Source: an uncultured delta proteobacterium (lineage in GTDB: Bacteria; Myxococcota; Myxococcia; Myxococcales; Anaeromyxobacteraceae). Taken from it: a stretch of 64,000 bases of DNA. The translations under genes and the position numbers were made by a program. Position 1 is the first letter of the stretch; each line of letters opens with the position of its first letter. Below the pieces are notes generated by a model. That model was not told the origin of the DNA. It did no database searches and saw only the letters and a program-made list of their open reading frames with translations. The stretch covers positions 192,001 to 256,000 of the forward strand of contig CAWFDF010000012.1 in the NCBI GenBank assembly GCA_963814585.1, in the 5' to 3' direction. This document shows, piece after piece, positions 21,335-33,759 of the stretch.

Positions 21335-21892
21335 CTAGAGCATCCCCAGCTGCAGCCTGGCCGCCTCGCTCATCCGCGACGGCTCCCAGGGCGGATCGAA
21401 GACCAGCTCGACGTCGGCCTGCTTCACGCCCGGCACCGAGAGGCACTTGCGCTTCACGTCGTCCACCAGCATCGGCCCCACGCCGCAGCCCGGCGCGGTG
21501 AGCGTCATGTGGACCAGCACGCGGTGTCCGCCCTCGACCGGCTCGCTGGCCACCGAGTAGACCAGCCCGAGCTCCACGATCGAGGCCGGGATCTCCGGGT
21601 CGAAGACGTCCTTCAAGGCGACCCAGATCTTCTGCTCGTCGAAGGGTCCCTCCAGCGACGAGGCCCGGGCTGCGGCGGTCGCCTGCGCCTCGGCCTGGTA
21701 CTGGGCGCCCAGGGCGTCGGCGTCCTTCTCGTCGACGCGGAGCAGCTGGCCGCGCTCGGTCATGAGCGTGAAGCTGCCGCCCAGCGCCTGCTGCATGACC
21801 AGCCAGGTGCCCTCCGGCACCACCGCCACGCCGCCCTGCGGGATGAAGGTGGCCTCGACGTCCCGGCTGAGGATGATCGGCTCTCGCGCCAT
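21335..21892 (-). CDS. sufT: Fe-S cluster assembly protein SufT (DUF59)
   Basis: QALGGSFT, DPEIPASIVELGLVY, MTLTAPGCGVG, VFDPPW. Confidence 0.92.
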   Translation of the reverse strand: MAREPIILSRDVEATFIPQGGVAVVPEGTWLVMQQALGGSFTLMTERGQLLRVDEKDADALGAQYQAEAQATAAARASSLEGPFDEQKIWVALKDVFDPEIPASIVELGLVYSVASEPVEGGHRVLVHMTLTAPGCGVGPMLVDDVKRKCLSVPGVKQADVELVFDPPWEPSRMSEAARLQLGML

Positions 21893-21902
21893 GAGGTGGC
21901 TC

Positions 21903-22352
21903 CTATTCGGTGCTGGCGGTGGCCTGGCCCTGCAGCGCCGACCGGAGCGTGTGCCAGGCCAGGCTGGCGCACTTCACGCGGGTGGGGAACTCGTGGACGC
22001 CCCCGAAGACCGCCAGCTTGCCGAGCGCCTCGAGGTCCGGTTGGGCGCCGGGCCCCTCGGTCACCAGGGCGTGGAAGGTCTGGAACAGGGCCTCCACCTC
22101 GGCGGGCGTCTTCCCCTTGACGAGGCCGGTCATCACCGACGCCGAGGCCCGCGAGATGGCGCAGCCGGAGCCGGTGAAGCGGGCCTCCTGCACCGTGCCG
22201 TCGGCCACCTTCACCTGCAGCACCAGGTGGTCGCCGCAGAGCGGGTTGAGCCCCTCGGCGGTGGCGGTCGCCCCTTCCAGCGGCCCGAAGTTCCGGGGCC
22301 GCTTGCCGTGGTCGAGGATGACCTCCTGGTAGAGATCGGTGAGCTCGGTCAC
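21903..22352 (-). CDS. sufU: SUF system NifU-like protein SufU
   Basis: LYQEVILDH, NPLCGD, GCAISRAS, RVKCASLAWH. Confidence 0.95.
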   Translation of the reverse strand: MTELTDLYQEVILDHGKRPRNFGPLEGATATAEGLNPLCGDHLVLQVKVADGTVQEARFTGSGCAISRASASVMTGLVKGKTPAEVEALFQTFHALVTEGPGAQPDLEALGKLAVFGGVHEFPTRVKCASLAWHTLRSALQGQATASTE

Positions 22353-23602
22353 GCGAAGACCTCGATGGCGACGTGGAGCGCCCGGACCAGCGCCTCGACG
22401 TCGGCGGGCGTGGAGTAGAGGGCGAAGGAGGCGCGAGCGGTGGCCGGCAGCCCGAACCGCTGCATGAGCGGCTGGGCGCAGTGGTGGCCGGCCCGGATCG
22501 CCACCCCCTGCCGGTCGACGATGGTGGCGAGATCGTGCGGGTGGATGTCGCCCACCATGAAGGAGAGCACGCCGGCGCGCCGCCGCGGCGCGCCGACCAG
22601 CCGCACCCCCGGCACCTCGCGCAGCGCCGCCTCGGCGTCCCGCAGCAGCCCCGCCTCGTGGGCGGCGATGGCGGGGAGGCCGATGGCGACGACGTAGTCG
22701 AGCGCCGCCGCCAGCCCGACCGCGCCGGCGATGTCCGGCGTGCCGGCCTCGAACTTGTAGGGCAGCTCGTTCCAGGTGGACCGCTCGAAGGTCACCGTGC
22801 GGATCATGTCACCGCCGCCCTGCCACGGCGGCATGGCCTCGAGGAGCTCGCGGCGGGCCCAGAGGACGCCGATGCCGGTCGGTCCGTAGACCTTGTGCCC
22901 GCTGAAGACGTAGAAGTCGGCGCCCAGGGCCTGCACGTCGACCCCGAGGTGCGGCGCCCCCTGCGCGCCGTCCACCAGCACCGGGATGCCACGCGCCCTG
23001 GCCAGCGCGATGACCGCCTCGATCGGCGTCACCGTGCCGAGGGCGTTGGAGACCTGGGTCACCGCCAGCAGCTTCACCCGCGGACCCAGCAGCCCCTCCA
23101 GCGCCGCCAGGTCGAGATCGCCGGCGTCGTCGATGGGCGCCGGCACCACCCGGGCCCCCTTCTCCGCGGCCAGCAGCTGCCAGGGCACGATGTTGGAGTG
23201 GTGCTCCAGGGTGGTGACCACGATCTCGTCGCCGGCCTGGACCCGCTGCCGGCCGAAGCTCTGGGCCACCAGGTTCACGCCCTCGGTGGCGCCGCGCACG
23301 AAGATCACCTCGCGCCGATCGGCGTTGAGGAACCTGGCCACGGTGGCGCGCGCCCCCTCGAAGGCCTTGGTGGCCCGCTCGGAGAGGGCGTGGACGCCGC
23401 GGTGGACGTTGGCGTTGTCCCGCTCGTAGAACCGCGAGATGGCGTCGATGACGGCGCGCGGCTTCTGGGTGGTGGCGGCGCTGTCGAGGTACACCAGCGG
23501 CTTGCCGTGGACCTGCTGGTCCAGCGCCGGGAAGTCGGCGCGTCGCGCGGCGACGTCGGAGGGCGCCGGACGGACCGGCACCGGGAGCGCGGTCGCGGTC
23601 AC
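22349..23602 (-). CDS. sufS: Cysteine desulfurase SufS
   Basis: YLDSAATTQKP, EHHSNIVPW, FSGHKVYGPTG, RAGHHCAQP. Confidence 0.96.
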   Translation of the reverse strand: MTATALPVPVRPAPSDVAARRADFPALDQQVHGKPLVYLDSAATTQKPRAVIDAISRFYERDNANVHRGVHALSERATKAFEGARATVARFLNADRREVIFVRGATEGVNLVAQSFGRQRVQAGDEIVVTTLEHHSNIVPWQLLAAEKGARVVPAPIDDAGDLDLAALEGLLGPRVKLLAVTQVSNALGTVTPIEAVIALARARGIPVLVDGAQGAPHLGVDVQALGADFYVFSGHKVYGPTGIGVLWARRELLEAMPPWQGGGDMIRTVTFERSTWNELPYKFEAGTPDIAGAVGLAAALDYVVAIGLPAIAAHEAGLLRDAEAALREVPGVRLVGAPRRRAGVLSFMVGDIHPHDLATIVDRQGVAIRAGHHCAQPLMQRFGLPATARASFALYSTPADVEALVRALHVAIEVFA

Positions 23603-24930
23603 GCGGCCTCCACCAGCCGGGCCCCGTCGGGCAGGCGCGAGGTCACCAGCTGCCGGGCGCGGGCCCGGAGCGGCTCCGGCCGGAGCAGCTCCACCATCCC
23701 GGCCGCGAAGGCGTAGATGAGCAGGCTGCGCGCCGCCGGCTCGGACAGGCCACGCGAGCGAAGGTAGAAGAGCGAGTTGGGATCGAGCTGGCCCACCGTG
23801 CCACCGTGGCTGCACTTCACGTCGTCGGCCAGGATCTCCAGCTGCGGCCGGGTGTCGACGGTGGCGTCGTCGGAGAGGAGCAGGTTGGAGCTCGACTGCT
23901 GCGCCTGCGTCTTCTGGGCGCCGGGCGCGACGCGGACGCGGCCGGTGAAGACGCCGCGGGCCCGGCCGTCGAGGACGGTCTTGAAGGTCTGCGTGCTGGT
24001 CCCGTGCGGGGCGACGTGCTCCACGTTGACGAAGGCGTCGGTGATGCGCGAGCCGCTGGCCATGCCGAGGCCCGAGGCGGACAGCTCGGCCCGCTCGCCG
24101 AGGAGTCGGGCGTGCAGCTCGGCCCGGGCCACCAGCCCGCCCAGCGCCAGGCCGTGCGAGGTGAAGCGGCTCTCGGCGGCCAGCTCGACGTGGAGCGAGG
24201 CCAGCTCGAAGGTCTCCAGCCCCTCCTCCTGGAAGCGGTAGTGGTTCACCTGGGCGCCGGGGGCCAGGACGATCTCGGCCACCGGCGCCACCAGCGCCCG
24301 CGCCCCCTCGGCGGAGATGGTGTGCTCGACCACGGTGACCAGCGAGCCCTCGCCGGCCACCAGCAGGAGGCGCGGGAAGGCGGCCACCACGCGGCCGGGC
24401 AGGGAGGTGAGGTGGACGATCCGGATGGGGGGCGCCACCGCCCCGCCGACCGGCAGGTGGAGCAGAACGCCGTCATCGAAGAGCGCGGTGTTGGCCGCCA
24501 CCAGCGGGTGGTGGTCGACGCGGGCCAGCCGGCCCAGGTGCGGGTGGACCAGATCCGGCACCTCGCGCAGCGCCTCGCCGAGCGAGATGAGCACGGCGCC
24601 GGGCGGCAGCCCCTGCACCCTGGAGAGATCCGAGCGGTAGCGCCCGTTGGCGAAGACCACCTGCGGGCCGTTCCAGGTGCCGGCCCGCTCCAGCAGCGCC
24701 GCCGCCTCGTCCCCCTCCTCGGGCCGCGCCCGCTCCAGCCGGAGCGAGGCCAGGGAGGTGAGGCTGGTGTAGCGCCAGGCCTCGTGGCGGGTGGTGGGCA
24801 GGCCCATCGACCGCAGCCCGCCGAGCGCCTCCTCGCGCAGGTCGCCGAGCCAGGTGGGATCGTCGGGGCCGATGGCGAAGGACTCCGCCAGGCTCTCCGA
24901 CGCCGGCGTCAGGGTGGCGCCCCGGCTCAT
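23599..24930 (-). CDS. sufD: Fe-S cluster assembly protein SufD
   Basis: EAWRYT, GVFTGRVRV, PQLEILADDVKCSHG, FYLRSRG. Confidence 0.95.
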   Translation of the reverse strand: MSRGATLTPASESLAESFAIGPDDPTWLGDLREEALGGLRSMGLPTTRHEAWRYTSLTSLASLRLERARPEEGDEAAALLERAGTWNGPQVVFANGRYRSDLSRVQGLPPGAVLISLGEALREVPDLVHPHLGRLARVDHHPLVAANTALFDDGVLLHLPVGGAVAPPIRIVHLTSLPGRVVAAFPRLLLVAGEGSLVTVVEHTISAEGARALVAPVAEIVLAPGAQVNHYRFQEEGLETFELASLHVELAAESRFTSHGLALGGLVARAELHARLLGERAELSASGLGMASGSRITDAFVNVEHVAPHGTSTQTFKTVLDGRARGVFTGRVRVAPGAQKTQAQQSSSNLLLSDDATVDTRPQLEILADDVKCSHGGTVGQLDPNSLFYLRSRGLSEPAARSLLIYAFAAGMVELLRPEPLRARARQLVTSRLPDGARLVEAA

Positions 24931-25711
24931 GTCCGGGCCTCGGTGAGCGGCACCGGCGCCTTGTCGCCGGCCCAGGCGTAGCCGGTCCTCTCCAGCTCCA
25001 GCGCCAGCTCGCGCCCGCCGGTCTTGACGATCCGGCCGCCGGCCATGACGTGGACGACGTCCGGCGTGACGTGATCGAGGAGCCGCTGGTAATGCGTCAC
25101 CATCACCACGGCCCGATCGCCCCGGCGGAGCGCGTTGACGCCGCTGGAGACCACCCGGAGGGCGTCGATGTCGAGGCCGGAGTCGATCTCGTCCAGGATG
25201 GCGAGGCGCGGCTCCAGGACCGCCATCTGGAAGATCTCGTTCCGCTTCTTCTCGCCGCCGCTGAACCCCTCGTTGACCGAGCGGGAGCCGAAGGCCGGAT
25301 CGAGCTCGACCAGCTTCATCTTCTCCTTGGCGAAGGCCAGGAAGTCCATGGCGTCCAGCTCCTCCTCCCCGCGCGCCTTGCGGATGGCGTTGAGCGCGGT
25401 GCGGAGGAAGTAGAGGTTGCCGACGCCCGGGATCTCCACCGGGTACTGGAAGCCCAGGAAGACCCCGGCCGCCGCGCGCGCCTCGGGGGCCAGCGAGAGC
25501 AGGTCCTTCCCGGCGAAGCGCACCGAGCCGGCGGTCACCTCATAGGAGTCGCGCCCGGCGAGCACCCCGGCCAGCGTCGACTTGCCGGATCCGTTCGGCC
25601 CCATGATGGCGTGGACCTCGCCCTCGCGGACGGTCAGGTCCAGCCCCTTGAGGATCTCCTTCTCGCCGACCCGCGCCCTCAGGCCGCGGATCTCCAGCAA
25701 CACCGCCCCGC

Positions 25712-25715
<4 letters not shown>
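24927..25715 (-). CDS. sufC: Fe-S cluster assembly ATPase SufC
   Basis: [40 protein letters not shown]. Confidence 0.97.
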
Positions 25716-27147
<1,432 letters not shown>

Positions 27148-27151
<4 letters not shown>

Positions 27152-27615
27152 GGCGTGGTCACCACGGGGAGGCCGCGCGTGGGCAGGACGGCCACGGGGG
27201 CTCCGCGGCCGAGCCGGAACGGCCCGATCTCGGAGAGCGGCAGGGCGCGGAGCGCCGACTGGACGGCGCGCGAGACGGGATCCCAGGTGTCCCTGGCGAT
27301 GCAGGAGAGCTCGATGCCGCAGGGCTCGGCCCCGGGCGAGCCGCACTCGGTGAGGGAGATGGGCCCCTCCAGCGCCTCGACCACCTCGGCGACCGAGATC
27401 TGCTCCGGGGCGCGGGTGAGCGAGTAGCCGCCGTGGCGCCCGCGGTGGGACTGGAGCAGCCCGGCCCGCGAGAGCTCCTTGCAGAGCTTGGAGACGGTGG
27501 GGAGCGGGACCCGCGATCGGGTGGACAGGGCCTGGGCCGTGAGGGTGTTCTCGTCTCGCGCCAGGTGCGCGAGGATGACGATGGCGTAGTCGGTCAGCTT
27601 GCTCATCCGGATCAT
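27148..27615 (-). CDS. Rrf2-family (IscR-like) SUF regulator
   Basis: [18 protein letters not shown], three Cys in C-x7-C-x5-C. Confidence 0.92.
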
Positions 27616-27671
27616 GGCGGCCGCCTCGGGCCTCGGGAGGCGGGCGAAGGCCCGCCGCCTGGAACTCATCA

Positions 27672-27688
27672 TGGACCGAAAAGGTCCA
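27672..27688. promoter_or_regulatory. Putative Rrf2/IscR-type operator TGGACC-GAAAA-GGTCCA
   Basis: Perfect 6-bp inverted repeat with A-rich spacer (GAC-N7-GTC), about 57 bp upstream of the regulator start. Confidence 0.65.
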
Positions 27689-27698
27689 GATACCCCCG

Positions 27699-27726
27699 AA
27701 TCTAACGGGTACTGGCCGCCTGTCAC
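27699..27726 (-). promoter_or_regulatory. Putative sigma-70-type suf promoter (GTGACA-N16-TAGATT)
   Basis: -35/-10-like hexamers in an AT-richer intergenic region just upstream of the operator. Confidence 0.45.
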
Positions 27727-27794
27727 CAAGAATCGTCAGGATTCCGAACTTGCGAGCCAGTGCACCGACCCAGGCAGCTTGCCTGGACCGGGCA

Positions 27795-28346
27795 CTAGAC
27801 CGTCGCCCTCACCAGCGGGCCGTCGACGGTCTCCGCCCCCAGGTCCAGGTAGAGGTGGTCGGCCACGATGGTCAGCCCGAACTTCTGCCGGCGCTCCTCT
27901 CGCTGGGCCACCGCGCGAAGCAGCAGGTCCGGCACCGCAGCCAGCTCGGCCCGCGCCAGCCGCTCCGGACGCCCCGAGCGGGCCTCGGTGAGGAAGGCCT
28001 CCAGCCGCCGCTCCCCCTCGAAGAGCACCGCGACGCGCGCGCCGCCTCCCCGGGCGAGGTCCTTCTCCACCCTGGCCACCTCGGGCCGCCCGACCCGGAC
28101 CAGCAGCGTCCGGGTGTTCCCATCCGGGCCGAGGGCCAGCAACTCCGGCTCATCCGGCTCGCAGATCCCCGGTCCGAAGGTGATGGTCTCCTCCCACTGC
28201 CAGCAGTAGGCCAGGAGCCGGAGCCAGAGCCGCTCCATGGTCTCCGAGGGGTGGCGGGCCGCCTTGACGGCGAGCTTCAGGTCGAGGCCGCGGTCGACGT
28301 GGGAGAGCGCGACGTCGAAGTGGTGGAGCGTGGAAGGGAGCGCCAT
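27795..28346 (-). CDS. yaeQ: YaeQ family protein
   Basis: [38 protein letters not shown]. Confidence 0.9.
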   Translation of the reverse strand: MALPSTLHHFDVALSHVDRGLDLKLAVKAARHPSETMERLWLRLLAYCWQWEETITFGPGICEPDEPELLALGPDGNTRTLLVRVGRPEVARVEKDLARGGGARVAVLFEGERRLEAFLTEARSGRPERLARAELAAVPDLLLRAVAQREERRQKFGLTIVADHLYLDLGAETVDGPLVRATV

Positions 28347-28474
28347 GAGGCCCGGTCTATCGCAGAATCCAGAGGGTTTCTCCACCTTTCCCCACCCCGG
28401 GCCTTGGCGCAACGCCCCGGCGGCCCTAGGATTCCTGGCCGAAGGAAAGGGCGACACCTCGCCCCGGAGGTCCG

Positions 28475-29122
28475 ATGCGCCCGCGCCATCTCCCCTTGCT
28501 GTTGCTCCTGCTCGCCCCGCCCGCGCTCGCGGAGGACCCGGGGCTCGCCCCTTCCGGCGCCTCGACCGCAGCACCGGAGCCGGCCGCCGAGCCGGCCCCG
28601 CCGGCGCCTCCCCCCGCCGAGGCCCCCCTGCCGAGGCTGGGGCTGCGCATCGGCCTCGGCGCTCCCGACGGCGTGACCGCCGCCCTGGTGGTCCGTCCCC
28701 TCCCATGGCTGCGGCTGCAGGCCGGGCCATCGTGGAACTACCTCGCCTACGGCGTGCAGGCCGGCTTCGCCGTCACCCCGATCCGCTGGGGCGTCTCGCC
28801 GGTCCTGGAGGCCACCTACGGCCACTACTTCAGCGCCGACCTGAACAAGGTCGCCAGGGACATCCCGGTCGAGCTGCAGGCGCTGGCCTCCAGCGTCGGC
28901 TACGACTACTTCAACGGCCAGGTGGGGCTGGAGTTCGGCTCCCCCAGCGGCTTCACCTTCTCGCTGGGGGCGGGGCTCTCCTACTTCTGGAGCGACCTGA
29001 CCGGCTCCGCCACCCTCGAGCCCGACCCCGGCGCGACCAACCCGGCCACCGTCGTCGTCACCAACCCCAGCCTCCGCGGCGTCATCCCGTCGGTCCGGCT
29101 CGGCATGCTCTTCTACTTCTAG
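28475..29122 (+). CDS. Putative outer-membrane beta-barrel protein
   Basis: Signal peptide, alternating amphipathic strands, C-terminal LFYF. Confidence 0.7.
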   Translation: MRPRHLPLLLLLLAPPALAEDPGLAPSGASTAAPEPAAEPAPPAPPPAEAPLPRLGLRIGLGAPDGVTAALVVRPLPWLRLQAGPSWNYLAYGVQAGFAVTPIRWGVSPVLEATYGHYFSADLNKVARDIPVELQALASSVGYDYFNGQVGLEFGSPSGFTFSLGAGLSYFWSDLTGSATLEPDPGATNPATVVVTNPSLRGVIPSVRLGMLFYF

Positions 29123-29604
29123 CGAGGCGACCATGCGCCGACAGCTCACCGCCCTCTCCACCCTCGCCCTGCTCTCCGGCTGCGGCCTGCTCTACGCCGA
29201 GGTGGAGATCCCCAGCACCACCATCATGCTCGAGCGCCAGACCTTCACCGGCGCGCCCGCCGGGGCCCCGCTGGTGAAGGACATCTCCTTCGACGTGGGC
29301 GACAACCTCCCCATCCTCACCGAGCCCGACGTCAGCTTCGAGCTCCGGCTCACCAGGATGATGGTGGTGATCGCGGCCGGCTCGCCGATGGCCGACTTCG
29401 GCGACATCAGGTCGGTCACGCTCTCGGCCCTGCCGCCGGCTGGCCAGACCCTGCCCGAGGAGACCGTCATCGCCTCCTATGCCAAGGCCCCGCCGCCGGC
29501 CGACCAGCACCCCACCTCGATCGCGGTGGCCGGGATGACCAGCCTCGACCTCAGCCCCTACATCACCGCGGGCTCGATGACCCTGCGGCTGCGGGCCGAG
29601 TCGA

Positions 29605-31137
<1,533 letters not shown>

Positions 31138-31191
31138 GCGGCGCACTGTATACCGCAGGCCCCACGCGACGTGGGCCGGCCCGGAACGGGA

Positions 31192-31219
31192 CGGGCGCCG
31201 ACCGCGAGGTCGGCGCCCG
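31192..31219. terminator. Perfect 12-bp stem hairpin with GCGA loop downstream of the OB-fold lipoprotein gene
   Basis: cgggcgccgacc-gcga-ggtcggcgcccg; no clear U-tract. Confidence 0.5.
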
Positions 31220-31242
31220 CGGCGGGGCCCGGAGCCGGACGG

Positions 31243-32027
31243 CTACTTCGACAGCTTGGCGTCCTCGACGATGACCGGATAGGCGTAGCCGGCGCCGAAG
31301 TCCTTGTCGACCCGGACCGTGCCCTTCACCACCACGGTGTCGCCGACCGCGGTCATGTCCTGGGTCGTGACGGTGACGTCGTTGTCGCCCTTGTCGGCCT
31401 TGCCGCTGCCGTCCTGGAGGTGGACCCAGTTCTTGCCCATGATGCCGGGGTTGAACTTGACCACCTTGCCGCGGATGGTGACCTGCTTCTCCTTGAGCGC
31501 GCCCTTCTGGGCGTAGACCTCCGCCACGGTGCGGGCGTCGGGACCGCTGGCCTTCGGGACCTTGACGTCACCGACGTTGCTCGGCCCCTGGGCGGCCTTG
31601 GCGTGCTGCTGGGCCATCCCGGCCGGGGAGCCCTCCATGCCCGCCGGCGGCATGCCAGGAGCCGGCGCGGCGGCCGCGGAGCCCTCCAGCGTGCCGAAGA
31701 AGACCACCTCGAACGTGCGCTTCAGGGTCTTCGACTCGAAGTTGGCCATGGGCATGGCGTTGAGGACGGTCACCTCGGACCCCTTGGCCACGTCGGCCTT
31801 GGGCACCGCGGCCCACATCTCCTCCTTGCCCTGCTGGATCCTCAGGTAGCTGTAGGGCGGCGCGTCGAGACGCTCCAGGACCTTGCCCTTGATGCTGGCG
31901 GACGGGGGCGCGGCCTGGGCCTCCATGGCGTTGGGGGCAGCGGCCGGCGCGGGGGGGCAGCGGGCTCGCTCTTCTTGCAGCCCGCCACGGCGACGGCGAC
32001 GAGCAGGACGGCGGTCAGACGGCGCAT
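31243..32027 (-). CDS. Lipoprotein with two predicted OB-fold domains (NrfJ-like), apparent frameshift in a C7 run
   Basis: MRRLTAVLLVAVAVAGC lipobox is joined to ORF 31243..31926 by adding one C at 31951-31957; GKVLERLDAPPYSY, GKVVKFNPGIMGKNWVHLQDG. Confidence 0.75.
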
Positions 32028-32155
32028 CGGTGAAACCTCCATGGCTACGGGATTCGTTGGGTGCCCGGTGAGGGGACGTACACTAGATCAACCGGACCCG
32101 GAAGCCGATTCCGGAATCCGGACAAGAGGTCGCGGAGGGGCCTCATCTACCACGC

Positions 32156-32913
32156 TCAGCCGCGGAGTCGCCAGCCGGAGCGGAGGAGCATGTAGGCGGT
32201 GGTGAGCGCCCCCGCCGCCAGGAGCGTGACCAGGCCGCATCCAGCCCATGGCGAGCCGTCGCCGCTCCCGACCACGGCGAAGCGCAGCACGTCCACCAGG
32301 TGGAGGATCGGGTTGACGCGGGCCAGCGCCGCCAGGCCGGGCGGCAGCATCCGGATCGAGAAGAAGACCCCGCCGAGGAAGGTGAGCGGCAGGATGAAGA
32401 AGGTCGGGAAGAAGTTCACCTGCTCGAAGGTCTGCGCCCAGATGGCGCTGACCACGCCCCCGGCCGCGAAGGCCACCGCCGCCAGGGTGACCACCGCGAC
32501 CGCCAGCAGCGGGTGGGCCACCTGGAAGCCGGTGAAGGCCCCCGCCACCGCGAAGGTGACGGCGCCCACCAGCAGCCCGCGAACCACCGCCGCCAGGACG
32601 AAGGCCCCGAGGATCTCGGCGTAGGAGAGCGGGGAGACCAGCACGTCGACGATGGTCCCCTGCAGCTTCATGACGAAGAGCGAGGAGGCGCTGTTGAGGT
32701 AGGCGTTCTGCACCACGCCCATCAGCACCAGCCCCGGCACGATGAAGCGGGCGTAGGGCACGCCGCCCACCTCGCGCAGCTGGTGCCCGATGGAGACGCC
32801 GAAGACGACGAAGTAGAGCGAGGTGGTGACCAGCGGAGTCGCCAGCGTCTGCCCGGGGACGCGCAGGAAGCGGCGGATCTCCTTCACCAGGAGGGTGCGG
32901 AAGCCGAGCGAGA

Positions 32914-32917
<4 letters not shown>
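32156..32917 (-). CDS. ABC-2 type permease (YadH-like)
   Basis: KEIRRFLRV..QTL..P, FIVPGL, PLTFLGGVFFS, NPI; about 6 TM helices. Confidence 0.9.
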
Positions 32918-33654
<737 letters not shown>

Positions 33655-33759
33655 GGGCCGGCAATCTACCCCAACCCCCGGGCGCCCCGCACCCGGCGCC
33701 CGGGCACCCCGACCACCCGACTTGTCGGCCATTTCCCGGCATGCCAACGTCGTCGCGCC

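Noticed and set aside
32107..32118. 12-bp palindrome GATTCCGGAATC upstream of the OB-fold lipoprotein gene
   Set aside because: Single instance, with no cognate regulator or second copy seen.
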